A stretch of 44,311 nucleotides of DNA. Source: an uncultured Alphaproteobacteria bacterium. Lineage in GTDB: Bacteria > Pseudomonadota > Alphaproteobacteria > Rhizobiales > Xanthobacteraceae. The notes below the pieces were generated by a model, which worked only from the letters and a program-made list of their open reading frames with translations, did not search any database and was not told the origin of the DNA. Numbering within the stretch: position 1 is the stretch's first letter; each line of letters starts with the position of its first letter. The stretch spans positions 1-44,311 of the forward strand of contig CBFGVM010000001.1 of the NCBI GenBank assembly GCA_965652015.1. The letters run 5' to 3'. Of this stretch, positions 30,201 to 36,609 are shown piece after piece. The translations under genes were made by a program, and so were the position numbers.

Positions 30201-31988
30201 CGTCTGCTCGTCGGCGGTCAATTCGTGCAACAACGACCAGCCGGCAAGCCGATCGAAGAGTTCGCTCACCTCTTCGATGGCTCGGCGAAAAACCGGTTCC
30301 TGTGCCAGCAATTCGCGTCCCATTGCCCACCACTGCTGGCCCATGCCCGAGCAGACGAACACGGGGTTCAACGCGATAGCCGAAGTGCGGCCAGTCGAAG
30401 TGTTGGCGCGGGTTTCGCCCGCAACGAATGCCTGGAGTTGCCCCACGAGCTCGGCGTGATCGTGAGCAACGAGCGCCAGCCGGAATTCGTGATGAGAACG
30501 CTTCACGCCGGCGGAAAAACAGATATCGCGGAGCGACTCGCGCCGCAGGCCGCGCTTGTCTCCGAGCGCGCTCGCATACGAGCGCGCCAGGTCGGATAGC
30601 GCGGATGCGCTACGTGCCGAGAGCGGCAGCATCCACGCAAGATCGTCGCCGACTTCGGCCTGAATTCGCCCGGCCAAGCCGGCATCGGGAGGTGCCTCGA
30701 GGATCGCGTGTCCGTTCGTGCCGCCAAAACCGAAAGAGTTTACGGCAGCGCGCGGCGGGCGGCCGCGCGTTTCGGGCCAGGGCTCCAGTCCCTGTACGAC
30801 CCTCAGCCGCAGGTCATCGAAATCGATTTGTGGATTCGGAGTCTCGAAGTGCAGACTCTTGGGGATTTCGCGGTGCTGCAGGCACAGCGCTGCTTTGATC
30901 AAGCCGGTTATGCCCGCAGCCGCTTCCAGATGACCGATGTTGCTCTTGATCGAGCCGATCACGCAGCGGTCATTGGGGGGGCGCGCCTTACCATAGATTG
31001 CTCCGAGGGCTGCGGCCTCGATCGGGTCGCCCACGGGCGTTCCGGTCCCGTGCGCCTCGACGTACTGAATGCTATCCGGTGCAATATCAGCCAGCCGCAG
31101 GGCATCGGCTACGTTTGCTTCTTGTGCGACCTGGTTCGGAACCGAGATCCCCGCAGTGCGGCCATCCTGATTGACCGCCGTCGCGCGAATCAAGGCATAG
31201 ATGCGATCGCGATCGGCCAATGCGCGCGAGAGTGGCTTGAGAATGACGACGGCAGCACCTTCGCCGCGCACGTAGCCATTGGCGCGCGAATCGAAGCTCT
31301 TGCACCGCCCGTCGGGCGATAGCATCGATGCCTTAGAGAACCCGATGGTGAGTTCGGGCCGCAGCGTCAGGTTGACGCCACCTACGAATGCCAGCTCGCT
31401 CTCGCCGTTCCAGATGCTGCGGCAGCCTAAATGAGTGGCCACGAGCGAGGAAGAACACGCGGTATCGACGGCGAGACTTGGTCCAACAAGGTTGAAGAAA
31501 TAGGAGATGCGGTTGGCTGCGATACATAGCGACGAGCCGACATTGGTGTACGCGTCGATGGCGGCCCGCGCCTCCGGCATGAGCTGGAGAATGCTGTAGT
31601 CCCAGCTGCAGATCCCGATATACACGCTCGCCCGCTTATTCGCCAAAGCGGCCAAGGTGAGGCCGGCATCTTCGACGGCGTGATATGCGACCTCGAGCAA
31701 AAGTCGCTGTTGCGGGTCTGCCGGCTCGGCCTCCCGCGGGGTGATGCCGAAGAATTGGGCATCGAACCGATCGATCTGATCGAGAAAGCCGCCCCAGCGC
31801 GTATTCATTCGTCCCGGCTTGGCGGGATCCGGGTGATACATCGCCGAGAGGTGCCACCGCTCTGCGGGAGCCTCGACAACGGCGTCAACGCCGCCGACGA
31901 GCAAGTTCCATAAATCGTCGGGGCTACGCACGCCACCGGGCAATCGACAACCAATACCAACGATCGCGATCGGTTCGACGCCAGTCAT
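24276..31988 (-). CDS. stand-alone highly reducing type I polyketide synthase, KS-AT-DH-cMT-(psiKR)-ER-KR-ACP; no loading, TE or R domain
   Basis: Part of ORF 24276..32054. I prefer ATG 31988 (MTGVEPIAIVGIGCRLPGG), preceded by GGGAG. 2570 aa. All domain signature motifs are present; see the domain features below. Confidence 0.95.
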   Translation of the reverse strand: MTGVEPIAIVGIGCRLPGGVRSPDDLWNLLVGGVDAVVEAPAERWHLSAMYHPDPAKPGRMNTRWGGFLDQIDRFDAQFFGITPREAEPADPQQRLLLEVAYHAVEDAGLTLAALANKRASVYIGICSWDYSILQLMPEARAAIDAYTNVGSSLCIAANRISYFFNLVGPSLAVDTACSSSLVATHLGCRSIWNGESELAFVGGVNLTLRPELTIGFSKASMLSPDGRCKSFDSRANGYVRGEGAAVVILKPLSRALADRDRIYALIRATAVNQDGRTAGISVPNQVAQEANVADALRLADIAPDSIQYVEAHGTGTPVGDPIEAAALGAIYGKARPPNDRCVIGSIKSNIGHLEAAAGITGLIKAALCLQHREIPKSLHFETPNPQIDFDDLRLRVVQGLEPWPETRGRPPRAAVNSFGFGGTNGHAILEAPPDAGLAGRIQAEVGDDLAWMLPLSARSASALSDLARSYASALGDKRGLRRESLRDICFSAGVKRSHHEFRLALVAHDHAELVGQLQAFVAGETRANTSTGRTSAIALNPVFVCSGMGQQWWAMGRELLAQEPVFRRAIEEVSELFDRLAGWSLLHELTADEQTSRIQQTHIGQPAIFALQVALAALWRSWGVEPAAVLGHSAGEMAASYISGALSLEDAVRVTFHRSRLQYRTAGQGTMLAVGISREEAAKWIARHPHAISLAAVNGAMSITLSGDAAVLGEIDQALNEMDVFSRPLRVDVPYHSPRMEQLEAELLDCLRDIRPRPATTPFFSTVTGTALSGSELDARYWYRNIRQPVLFHDTLGKVIETGHTIFLELGAHPILRNDIAQCLEEKSAGGATLGSLRRDDRERAALLGSLGRLYTLGAQIDWQRLYPAEATAIKLPVYPFQPDSHWRESETTRRIRVGASVHPLLGSRLEAPKPSWSVALDTANLSYLADHRIGDAVIFPGAGYVEMALAAARETLGPVPCVVEDIEFQKFLILDQGAAPLAQVAFDPSTSEFDICTRADASENTWDVHAHGCVRSSSGSAPPSADIAEIRRRCPEAFDHRECIRRFAECGYHYGPTFQGIARLWRNEREVLAEIHSPSCLREHLSDYRLHPAILDACFQTLLAALPTWTNWQALKGETFVPVKIERVRFHAAPPIRAFAHTRVARRTSAELRVDIQILDESGSCVVEVEGLLVRPIGSGAQRRLSTLYEYQWKLDPRLATRQGRDSHHLPSLDALGPLMQQEGEMLRERFNRARYQREFQSLSRATVAAYIVKALREMGWTPASRQGLSTEKLAAQLGMAPQYLRWLRLMLKELTAGEIDSDEEPSRLWKALWDEFPECQAELMLIRLCGEKLAPVLRGEIDPLNLIFPEGTLTTAEALYQDSPSFRLNNLLVQKAVAEIARRLPKGKALRILEVGGGTGGMTSFVLPVLPDHCTEYVFTDISPRFTAHAQHKFAPFPFVQVRTLDIERDPLEQGFDANSFDLIIASDVLHATTDLRNTLDRLKQLLGSGGTLMVVELTRPWLFMTLIFGLLKGWWLFDDAVRADEPCVSQETWRSLLREAGFTGTVCIADCPEAENAQHSVILARGPRAPASPASMSQASDASKSWLLFADAGTADRPSAAAELARKLEQRGDRVIRVMHGADFRHSGARDFSIRCGNPADMKRLVESLDRQAPQLAGIVHLWSLDTGAANTMTNDAFTSSAQLGCVSVMQLVQALAATDDMAVDHIWLVTHAAQPLADGADLLGLAQSPLWGFARVATNEYHNLHCRLVDLATCSSEEIASLAAELDAGTDAEDEIALHGELRYVRRLLPVSPATVQGMGRPVEQSPKRFQIEVARPGILDSLHACSVAHRPLGPTEVEIEVAATGLNFMDLMLAMGMLPAEAAADGSAGKLLGLECAGRVVAVGEQVSDFAVGDEVIAAKSCTLTSHLTVDTQFVAHKPRHLSLEQGATIPLAFLTAFYSLHTLGRMQRGERVLIHAGTGGVGLAAVQLALQAEAIVFATAGSPEKRQLLAALGVPHVMDSRTLAFADEVLKLTDGEGVDIVLNSLSGDAIDKSLSLLRPYGRFIEIGKTDIFKNRKIGMRVLRRNISVFVADLLGALGARAGLARSMLQEVIARVDCGSLRPLPHRVFPAARAADAFRYMAQAKHIGKLIISMRDNEGLKVENGLRSVAVDAEGSYLITGGLGGLGLAVADHLARRGARRLALVGRSAPSPSAQAALESLRQRGVEVLVAAADITDREQTREVITTLRRRMGPLRGIVHAAMVLDDAPIERLTEERMWKAMAPKVIGAWNLHTLTLDAPLDFFVLFSSLASLIGNAGQANYVAGNAFLDALAYYRRARGLPALTINWGVVGEVGHVAGSPETAQRLERLGLKAMPLSETLDALDELLSSDAVQVGVAEVEWKGLLRSMGTRTPARYSTLVSDGGAEKEGTSAGSGVHDLLDADEAALPSLLQAYVQDLLARAMGTSPARIDTEQSLRNLGLDSLIAVEVRNRINVELGMNVPLAKFMQSDSTISALCSYVAERLLEDNRRGGAESSGNGGMPAAQPSPPLSGADAADLLERIDELSEKEVDRHLSELASEGRA
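24465..24692 (-). other. PKS domain: acyl carrier protein
   Basis: LRNLGLDSLIAVEVRNRI; the phosphopantetheine Ser (aa 2492 of the 2592-aa ORF) is encoded at 24579..24581. A 100-aa tail follows, with no thioesterase or reductase domain. Confidence 0.85.
24960..25505 (-). other. PKS domain: ketoreductase (catalytic subdomain, LDD/B-type)
   Basis: YLITGGLGGLGLAVADHLARRGARRLALVGRS, HAAMVLDDAP (LDD motif) and SSLASLIGNAGQANYVAGN. Boundaries are approximate. Confidence 0.85.
25569..26543 (-). other. PKS domain: enoylreductase
   Basis: MDR fold with the NADPH motif VLIHAGTGGVGLAAVQLA and C-terminal AFRYMAQAKHIGKLII. Boundaries are approximate. Confidence 0.85.
27285..28052 (-). other. PKS domain: C-methyltransferase (SAM-dependent)
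   Basis: SAM motif I LRILEVGGGTGGMT (about 27781..27810), DLIIASDVLHAT and GGTLMVVE. It sits between DH and the KR structural subdomain, as in other cMT-containing PKSs. Boundaries are approximate. Confidence 0.8.
28440..29282 (-). other. PKS domain: dehydratase
   Basis: HPLLG...LADHRIGDAVIFPGAGYVEM (His codon 29190..29192), plus the downstream YGPTFQG and LHPAILDACFQ motifs. Boundaries are approximate. Confidence 0.85.
29400..30365 (-). other. PKS domain: acyltransferase
   Basis: FVCSGMGQQW and GHSAGE (Ser codon 30087..30089). The specificity position reads VDVPYHSPRM, which is neither HAFH nor YASH. Boundaries are approximate. Confidence 0.85.
30699..31982 (-). other. PKS domain: ketosynthase
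   Basis: DTACSSSLVATHLGC (active-site Cys codon 31455..31457), VEAHGTGTPVGDP and GSIKSNIGHLEAAAG. Boundaries are approximate. Confidence 0.9.
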
Positions 31989-32141
31989 GGACACTCCCAG
32001 CCTGTAAGTATTCAGAATGCAAGGCTGTAAAGACGGCGTCAACCGCTGAGCCACTGGCGGTAAAAACAGACACCCGTCCGCTGTGCCACGGGTCTAGCGC
32101 GTTCTCTTGCGCGTCCAAAAGTCGCGCAGGAGTGTAGAACC

Positions 32142-32188
32142 AATTTGCAGGCAGAGGACACTAATTTGCAGAGGACCCTAATTTGCAG
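32142..32188 (+). repeat. three direct copies of AATTTGCAG in the PKS/CHAT divergent intergenic region
   Basis: Copies lie at 32142-32150, 32163-32171 and 32180-32188 (spacing 21 and 17 bp). Copies 2 and 3 extend to CTAATTTGCAG and are each preceded by AGAGGAC. In both, a GG lies exactly 10 nt upstream of the GC of TTGCA. Confidence 0.6.
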
Positions 32189-32306
32189 GCGGTTGACACA
32201 TGAACGCGAGTTAATGTGGGCAACGCCTGTCCGACCTATTCAGCGCGGGCGGTTTCCGAGTCGACGCGGTATGTACTATCTTCGGACGATTTTGTTGGAG
32301 CGGATC

Positions 32307-35300
32307 ATGGGACCGACATGGCGGCGCGCATTGGCCGCTTCTGTTATCATACTCGCTATGGCGGTGGACTCTCTGCTGTTGCCCTCCGCGGCACAGCAGA
32401 GCGACCCGGCGGCGTCGCAGAAGCGTTTTCAGGATCTGTATGAGGCGGGCAATTATTCCGCCGCGCTTGCAGAAGCCCAGAAAGCCGAGGCGGCCGCCAA
32501 GCGTGGCGGCACGAACAACTTTGCTTACGTGTCGGCGCTGAACGACTTGGCCCGCGCTCATCAGGCGCTGGGCCGGTACGGCGAAGCAGCCCAGATGTTC
32601 AAGCAGGTGCTCGCCACGCTGCAGAAGAATCTCCCGCCGGGCGATTCTCGCTTGGCTCAGCCCCTCGCCAACCTCGCCACCGTGTATTTGCTGCAGGCCA
32701 ATCCTCGTGAGGCAGAGAAACTGTACAAGCAGGCGCTCGACATCTCGACCAAGGCGCAGGGCGGACCCAATCAGAGTGTCGCTCTGCTTTTTAGCAATCT
32801 CGCCGACGTCTATAAAGCGCAAGCGCGCTACGAAGAAGCGGAGGCGCAATACAAGCGCGCGCTCGACATGGCGGAGAAGACCGCCGGCCCTAACAGCCTG
32901 TTGGTGGCCCTGATCCTCAACAACCTCACTAAGGTCTACGAGGATCAAAGCCGCTTCAAAGAGGTGGAGGAAGCAGCCAAACGCGCGCTTGCGATTCGCG
33001 AGAAGGCGCTTGGCCCGAACCATCCGGACGTGGCGGCGAGCGTGAACAACCTGGCTCACTTGTATGAGCGGCTTGGCCGCTACACCGAGGCCGACAAGCT
33101 GTTCCAGCGCTCCATCGAGATTTGGGAGAAGGCACTCGGCCCGAAGCATCCGTACCTTGCCACGTCGTTGCTCAATCTTGCGACCGTTTATGCCGACGAG
33201 GAGCGCTTCGAGGAGGCGGAAGCGCTCTACAAGCGCGCCTTGGGCATTCGGGAAGCCGCGTTCGGTCCCAACCACTCCGATGTCGCCACCGTGATCAACA
33301 ACCTCGCGGCGATCTACGAAACTCAGGGTCGCTCTGGCGAATTGGAAAGCTATTCCAAACGGGCGCTTGCCATCGTCACGAAGACGCTTGGCCCGGACAA
33401 TCCCGACACCGCCAAGGTGATCCGCAAGCTCGGCGTGGCCTATGACGCGCAGGGTCGCTACGCCGATGCGGATGCACAGTTCAAGCGCGCGATCGAGATC
33501 GCCACGAAAGCGTTCGGCCCGAATCACCGTTTCATCGCCAACGTGCTGCTGAATCAGGGCCAGTTGTTCGAGCACCAGCGGCGCTACGACGATGCCGAGC
33601 AAGCCTACAAGCGGGCGCTCGCCATCAACGAGAAGGCGCGCGGGCCCAATCATCCGGAGACGGCGAGAACTCTCAATCAGCTCGCGGTACTGAGTATTGC
33701 GCAAGGCAAACCTGCCAATGCCATCGGCTACTCGCGCAAGGCGACGGCGGCGGTACTCGCGCATGCGAATCTCGGCGACGCGGCAGGCCATCAAGGGCGA
33801 GATGGAGAGGGATTGATCGAGCAGCGGTCGGGGTTTTTCGTGAACCACGTCGCAAGTCTGGCTGCCGGCGCGCGGGAGAATGTCGAGCCCGGGGCGACGC
33901 TGGGACGCGAGGCCTTCGAAATTGCGCAATGGGCGAACCAGTCGGCGGCCGCAGCCGCCGTCCAGCAACTGAGCCCGCGCTTCGCCAGCGGCAACGATGC
34001 GCTCGCCGCGCTCGTGCGCCAGGATCAGGATCTGTCGGCCTATCGCCGCGATCGCGAGAAAGCGCTGATCGAAGCATTGGCGAAGCCAGCGGGGCAATCG
34101 GGCCCGGCACAGATCGATACTATTCGCCGGCAAATCGAAGACACCGAGCGCAAGCTGACCGCCACCAAAGCGCGGCTGGAGAAGGAATTCCCCGATTATT
34201 CCACGCTGTCGAACCCAAAGCCGTTGAAAGTAGAGGAGGTGCAGAAGCTGCTCGGGACGCACGAGGCGCTTGTTCTTCCCCTGACGGGTGAGAAGGAGAG
34301 CTATGTCTTCGTCGTCACCCCCGACCGCTTCGACTGGCGCACAATCCCGGCGGGAAGGGATGAGATCGCTGCGAAGGTCACTGCGTTCCGGCGCGGGCTG
34401 GAACTCGATACGATGCAGCAGTTTGACCTCGGCCTCGCGAACGAGCTTTTTACTCTGCTCATCGCGCCGGTCGATGGACTCGTGCGGGACAAGGGGCATC
34501 TGCTGGTGGCGCCGTCGGGCGCGCTGACGGCGCTGCCTTTCCATTTGCTGGTGACGGAAAAGCCGCCGACATCGGCGGGCACGAATCGCACGGCAGCCGA
34601 GGACGCCGCGCGCTACCGCGACGCCGCATGGCTGATCAAGCGCCAAGCCGTCAGCGTTCTGCCCTCGGTGGCCAGCCTGCAGGCGTTGCGGTCGCTGGCG
34701 CAGGCTGGCCAGGGCGGCAAGCCGATGATCGGATTTGGCGATCCGGTCTTCGATCCGCGCGCGACGCCGGGGGGTGAGCAGAAGCGGTCTCGTACCCGGG
34801 GCAAGGCGCGAGCGTACAGCGACTACTGGCGCGGCGCCGGCCTCGATCGCAACATGCTGATGCAAGGGCTGCCGCAGCTTCCGGATACAGCCGATGAGCT
34901 CAGGGCGATTGCGACGTCGCTCGGGGTTTCGTCGACCGATATCGTGCTCGGCCGCGATGCCACCGTGACCGCGGTGAAACGCGCCCCGCTTGCCAACTAC
35001 CGCATCGTCTATTTCGCCACCCACGGGTTGGTGGCCGGCGACGTCAAGGGCCTGGCCGAGCCATCGCTCGCGCTCTCCGTGCCCGCGACGCCGACCGAAG
35101 ACGATGATGGCTTGCTGAAGGCGAGTGAGGTGGCGCAGCTCAAGCTCAATGCCGATTGGGTCGTGCTCTCGGCCTGCAACACCATCGCGGGTGACAAACC
35201 CGGCGCAGAAGCGCTCTCAGGACTCGCGCGTGCGTTTTTCTATGCCGGCGCCCGGGCGTTGCTGGTGTCCCACTGGGCGGTTGCTTCCGACGCGGCCACG

Positions 35301-35471
35301 CGGCTGACGACCTCGGCCTTCGCTACCCTCGCGTCCGATCCGAAGCTCGGGCGCGCCGAAGCGATGCGGCGCGCGATGCTGAGCTTGCTCGATGACAAGT
35401 CGTCGACCGAGAACGCCTATCCCGCAGTTTGGGGTCCATTCGCGGTGGTCGGAGAAGGCAGCCGGCGATGA
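32307..35471 (+). CDS. secreted TPR-repeat protein with C-terminal CHAT (caspase-fold) protease domain
   Basis: I prefer ATG 32307 (GGAG 6 nt upstream; [31 protein letters not shown] signal peptide). There are about ten 42-aa TPR modules (..[33 protein letters not shown]..). The CHAT dyad is intact: [10 protein letters not shown] (His codon 35022..35024) and VVLSACNT (Cys codon 35175..35177). Confidence 0.9.
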   Translation: MGPTWRRALAASVIILAMAVDSLLLPSAAQQSDPAASQKRFQDLYEAGNYSAALAEAQKAEAAAKRGGTNNFAYVSALNDLARAHQALGRYGEAAQMFKQVLATLQKNLPPGDSRLAQPLANLATVYLLQANPREAEKLYKQALDISTKAQGGPNQSVALLFSNLADVYKAQARYEEAEAQYKRALDMAEKTAGPNSLLVALILNNLTKVYEDQSRFKEVEEAAKRALAIREKALGPNHPDVAASVNNLAHLYERLGRYTEADKLFQRSIEIWEKALGPKHPYLATSLLNLATVYADEERFEEAEALYKRALGIREAAFGPNHSDVATVINNLAAIYETQGRSGELESYSKRALAIVTKTLGPDNPDTAKVIRKLGVAYDAQGRYADADAQFKRAIEIATKAFGPNHRFIANVLLNQGQLFEHQRRYDDAEQAYKRALAINEKARGPNHPETARTLNQLAVLSIAQGKPANAIGYSRKATAAVLAHANLGDAAGHQGRDGEGLIEQRSGFFVNHVASLAAGARENVEPGATLGREAFEIAQWANQSAAAAAVQQLSPRFASGNDALAALVRQDQDLSAYRRDREKALIEALAKPAGQSGPAQIDTIRRQIEDTERKLTATKARLEKEFPDYSTLSNPKPLKVEEVQKLLGTHEALVLPLTGEKESYVFVVTPDRFDWRTIPAGRDEIAAKVTAFRRGLELDTMQQFDLGLANELFTLLIAPVDGLVRDKGHLLVAPSGALTALPFHLLVTEKPPTSAGTNRTAAEDAARYRDAAWLIKRQAVSVLPSVASLQALRSLAQAGQGGKPMIGFGDPVFDPRATPGGEQKRSRTRGKARAYSDYWRGAGLDRNMLMQGLPQLPDTADELRAIATSLGVSSTDIVLGRDATVTAVKRAPLANYRIVYFATHGLVAGDVKGLAEPSLALSVPATPTEDDDGLLKASEVAQLKLNADWVVLSACNTIAGDKPGAEALSGLARAFFYAGARALLVSHWAVASDAATRLTTSAFATLASDPKLGRAEAMRRAMLSLLDDKSSTENAYPAVWGPFAVVGEGSRR

Positions 35472-35495
35472 CGGGAATTCCGCGTCATCGCCGGC
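35461..35495. terminator. 13-bp perfect inverted repeat between convergent genes (bidirectional terminator candidate)
   Basis: gccggcgatgacg (35461-35473), ggaattccg, cgtcatcgccggc (35483-35495). The left arm overlaps the CHAT stop codon (35469-35471). It is followed by ttgtcagctcttatt. The OMP stop codon is at 35509. Confidence 0.5.
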
Positions 35496-35508
35496 TTGTC
35501 AGCTCTTA

Positions 35509-36480
35509 TTAAAAGAGGTCGATGCCCAAACCAACGCGGAAGGTGTGGAAGGACTCACGCAGACCGATGCTCACCTGGCCGGACGGCGTAGAGAGGCAGG
35601 CCGTGCCGCCAGAGCTAGAGCAAGTGTTGGTCAGCCCGAAGGTCTTCGTATAGCTGCCAAAGTCGGTGTACCGGTATTCGGCTCTGGCCTTCACGCCGGT
35701 CCAAATCTCAGCTTCCCAACCCGCGCCAACCGTGCTGCCGACCCGCGTGTCGTTCCAGCTCACCGTGGTCCCTGCCGTCGCGAACGAGGTCGCGGACGAG
35801 CCCGCGCAGGCGGAGACCGAGGGCGTGGAGACGGGCGACGCGCATTGGAAAAGCGTTCCCGTGTATGAGAACGCGCCGCTGATCTCGGCAAACGCGACGC
35901 CGCCCGTCACGTATGCCAGGTTCCAGGGGTTTACGAGCCAGCCGATGCGGCCGCGGATCGACGAGTCCGACTTCTGCTTGACCGAGCCGGAGAACTGGTC
36001 GGTTCGCACATAGGTGGTGGCACTGGGGAACTGGGCGGAGCTCGGAACAGCAATCACGGCCGCGGATGACTGAGGCAAAGAGGTCCCAGCGTTTTTCCAG
36101 GACCAGTCGCCCTCCAGGCCGACGACCCAGCCGCCTATCTGCACGCGGTAGCCGACGAACGGACCGATGGTGTAGGAGGTCTTGTTTCCGCTGAACGAGA
36201 ACGGCGTCTCGAAGCAGTTGCTGTTGAAGGTGCTGCCGGATGGGCAGATAAAGGAACCCGGATCGACGAAGCTGTTGTTCACCGAGCTGGCGCCGTTCGA
36301 GCCGCCGACCTGCCCGCCATTCCAATTGGCGGTCCGAGAAGGTGCCTGCTGTTGCGGCGCAGGCCGTTCGACCACCCGTTCTCTTTTCGGCCTGGCCGGA
36401 ATTTCGGCCGCGTTGGCCGGCTGCAGGATGGCCACTGCGGACAGCGACAGCAAGCTCACGCCGGCGACTAGTAGTCTCAT
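35509..36480 (-). CDS. outer-membrane beta-barrel protein (Omp25/porin-family-like)
   Basis: I prefer ATG 36480 (MRLLVAGVSLLSLSAVAILQPANA/AE). It shows alternating-hydrophobic beta-strand patterning and Gly/Ser/Thr-rich loops. The C-terminus FRVGLGIDLF ends in Phe, the OMP sorting signature. Confidence 0.75.
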   Translation of the reverse strand: MRLLVAGVSLLSLSAVAILQPANAAEIPARPKRERVVERPAPQQQAPSRTANWNGGQVGGSNGASSVNNSFVDPGSFICPSGSTFNSNCFETPFSFSGNKTSYTIGPFVGYRVQIGGWVVGLEGDWSWKNAGTSLPQSSAAVIAVPSSAQFPSATTYVRTDQFSGSVKQKSDSSIRGRIGWLVNPWNLAYVTGGVAFAEISGAFSYTGTLFQCASPVSTPSVSACAGSSATSFATAGTTVSWNDTRVGSTVGAGWEAEIWTGVKARAEYRYTDFGSYTKTFGLTNTCSSSGGTACLSTPSGQVSIGLRESFHTFRVGLGIDLF

Positions 36481-36609
36481 GACACGCCCCCGTTGGTTTT
36501 CAATATCCCCGCTCAACACCTTAGGCGAATACTCCCGGGAATCAATTTCTGAAATCATCGGTAGATTAAGTTTCGGTCATGTGTGGCCCGAGCGTCACAC
36601 TATCTCGTG

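Noticed and set aside
32193-32198. Consensus TTGACA just downstream of the AATTTGCAG repeats, considered as a sigma-70 -35 box
   Set aside because: The best -10-like hexamers (ttaatg / taatgt at 32211..32217) are only 12-13 nt away, outside the usual 16-18 nt spacing. I did not call it as a promoter.
32211-35024. 937-aa minus-strand ORF antisense to the TPR-CHAT gene
   Set aside because: The same reasoning applies. The sequence is Arg-rich low-information, while the plus-strand frame shows regular TPR modules and an intact CHAT dyad.
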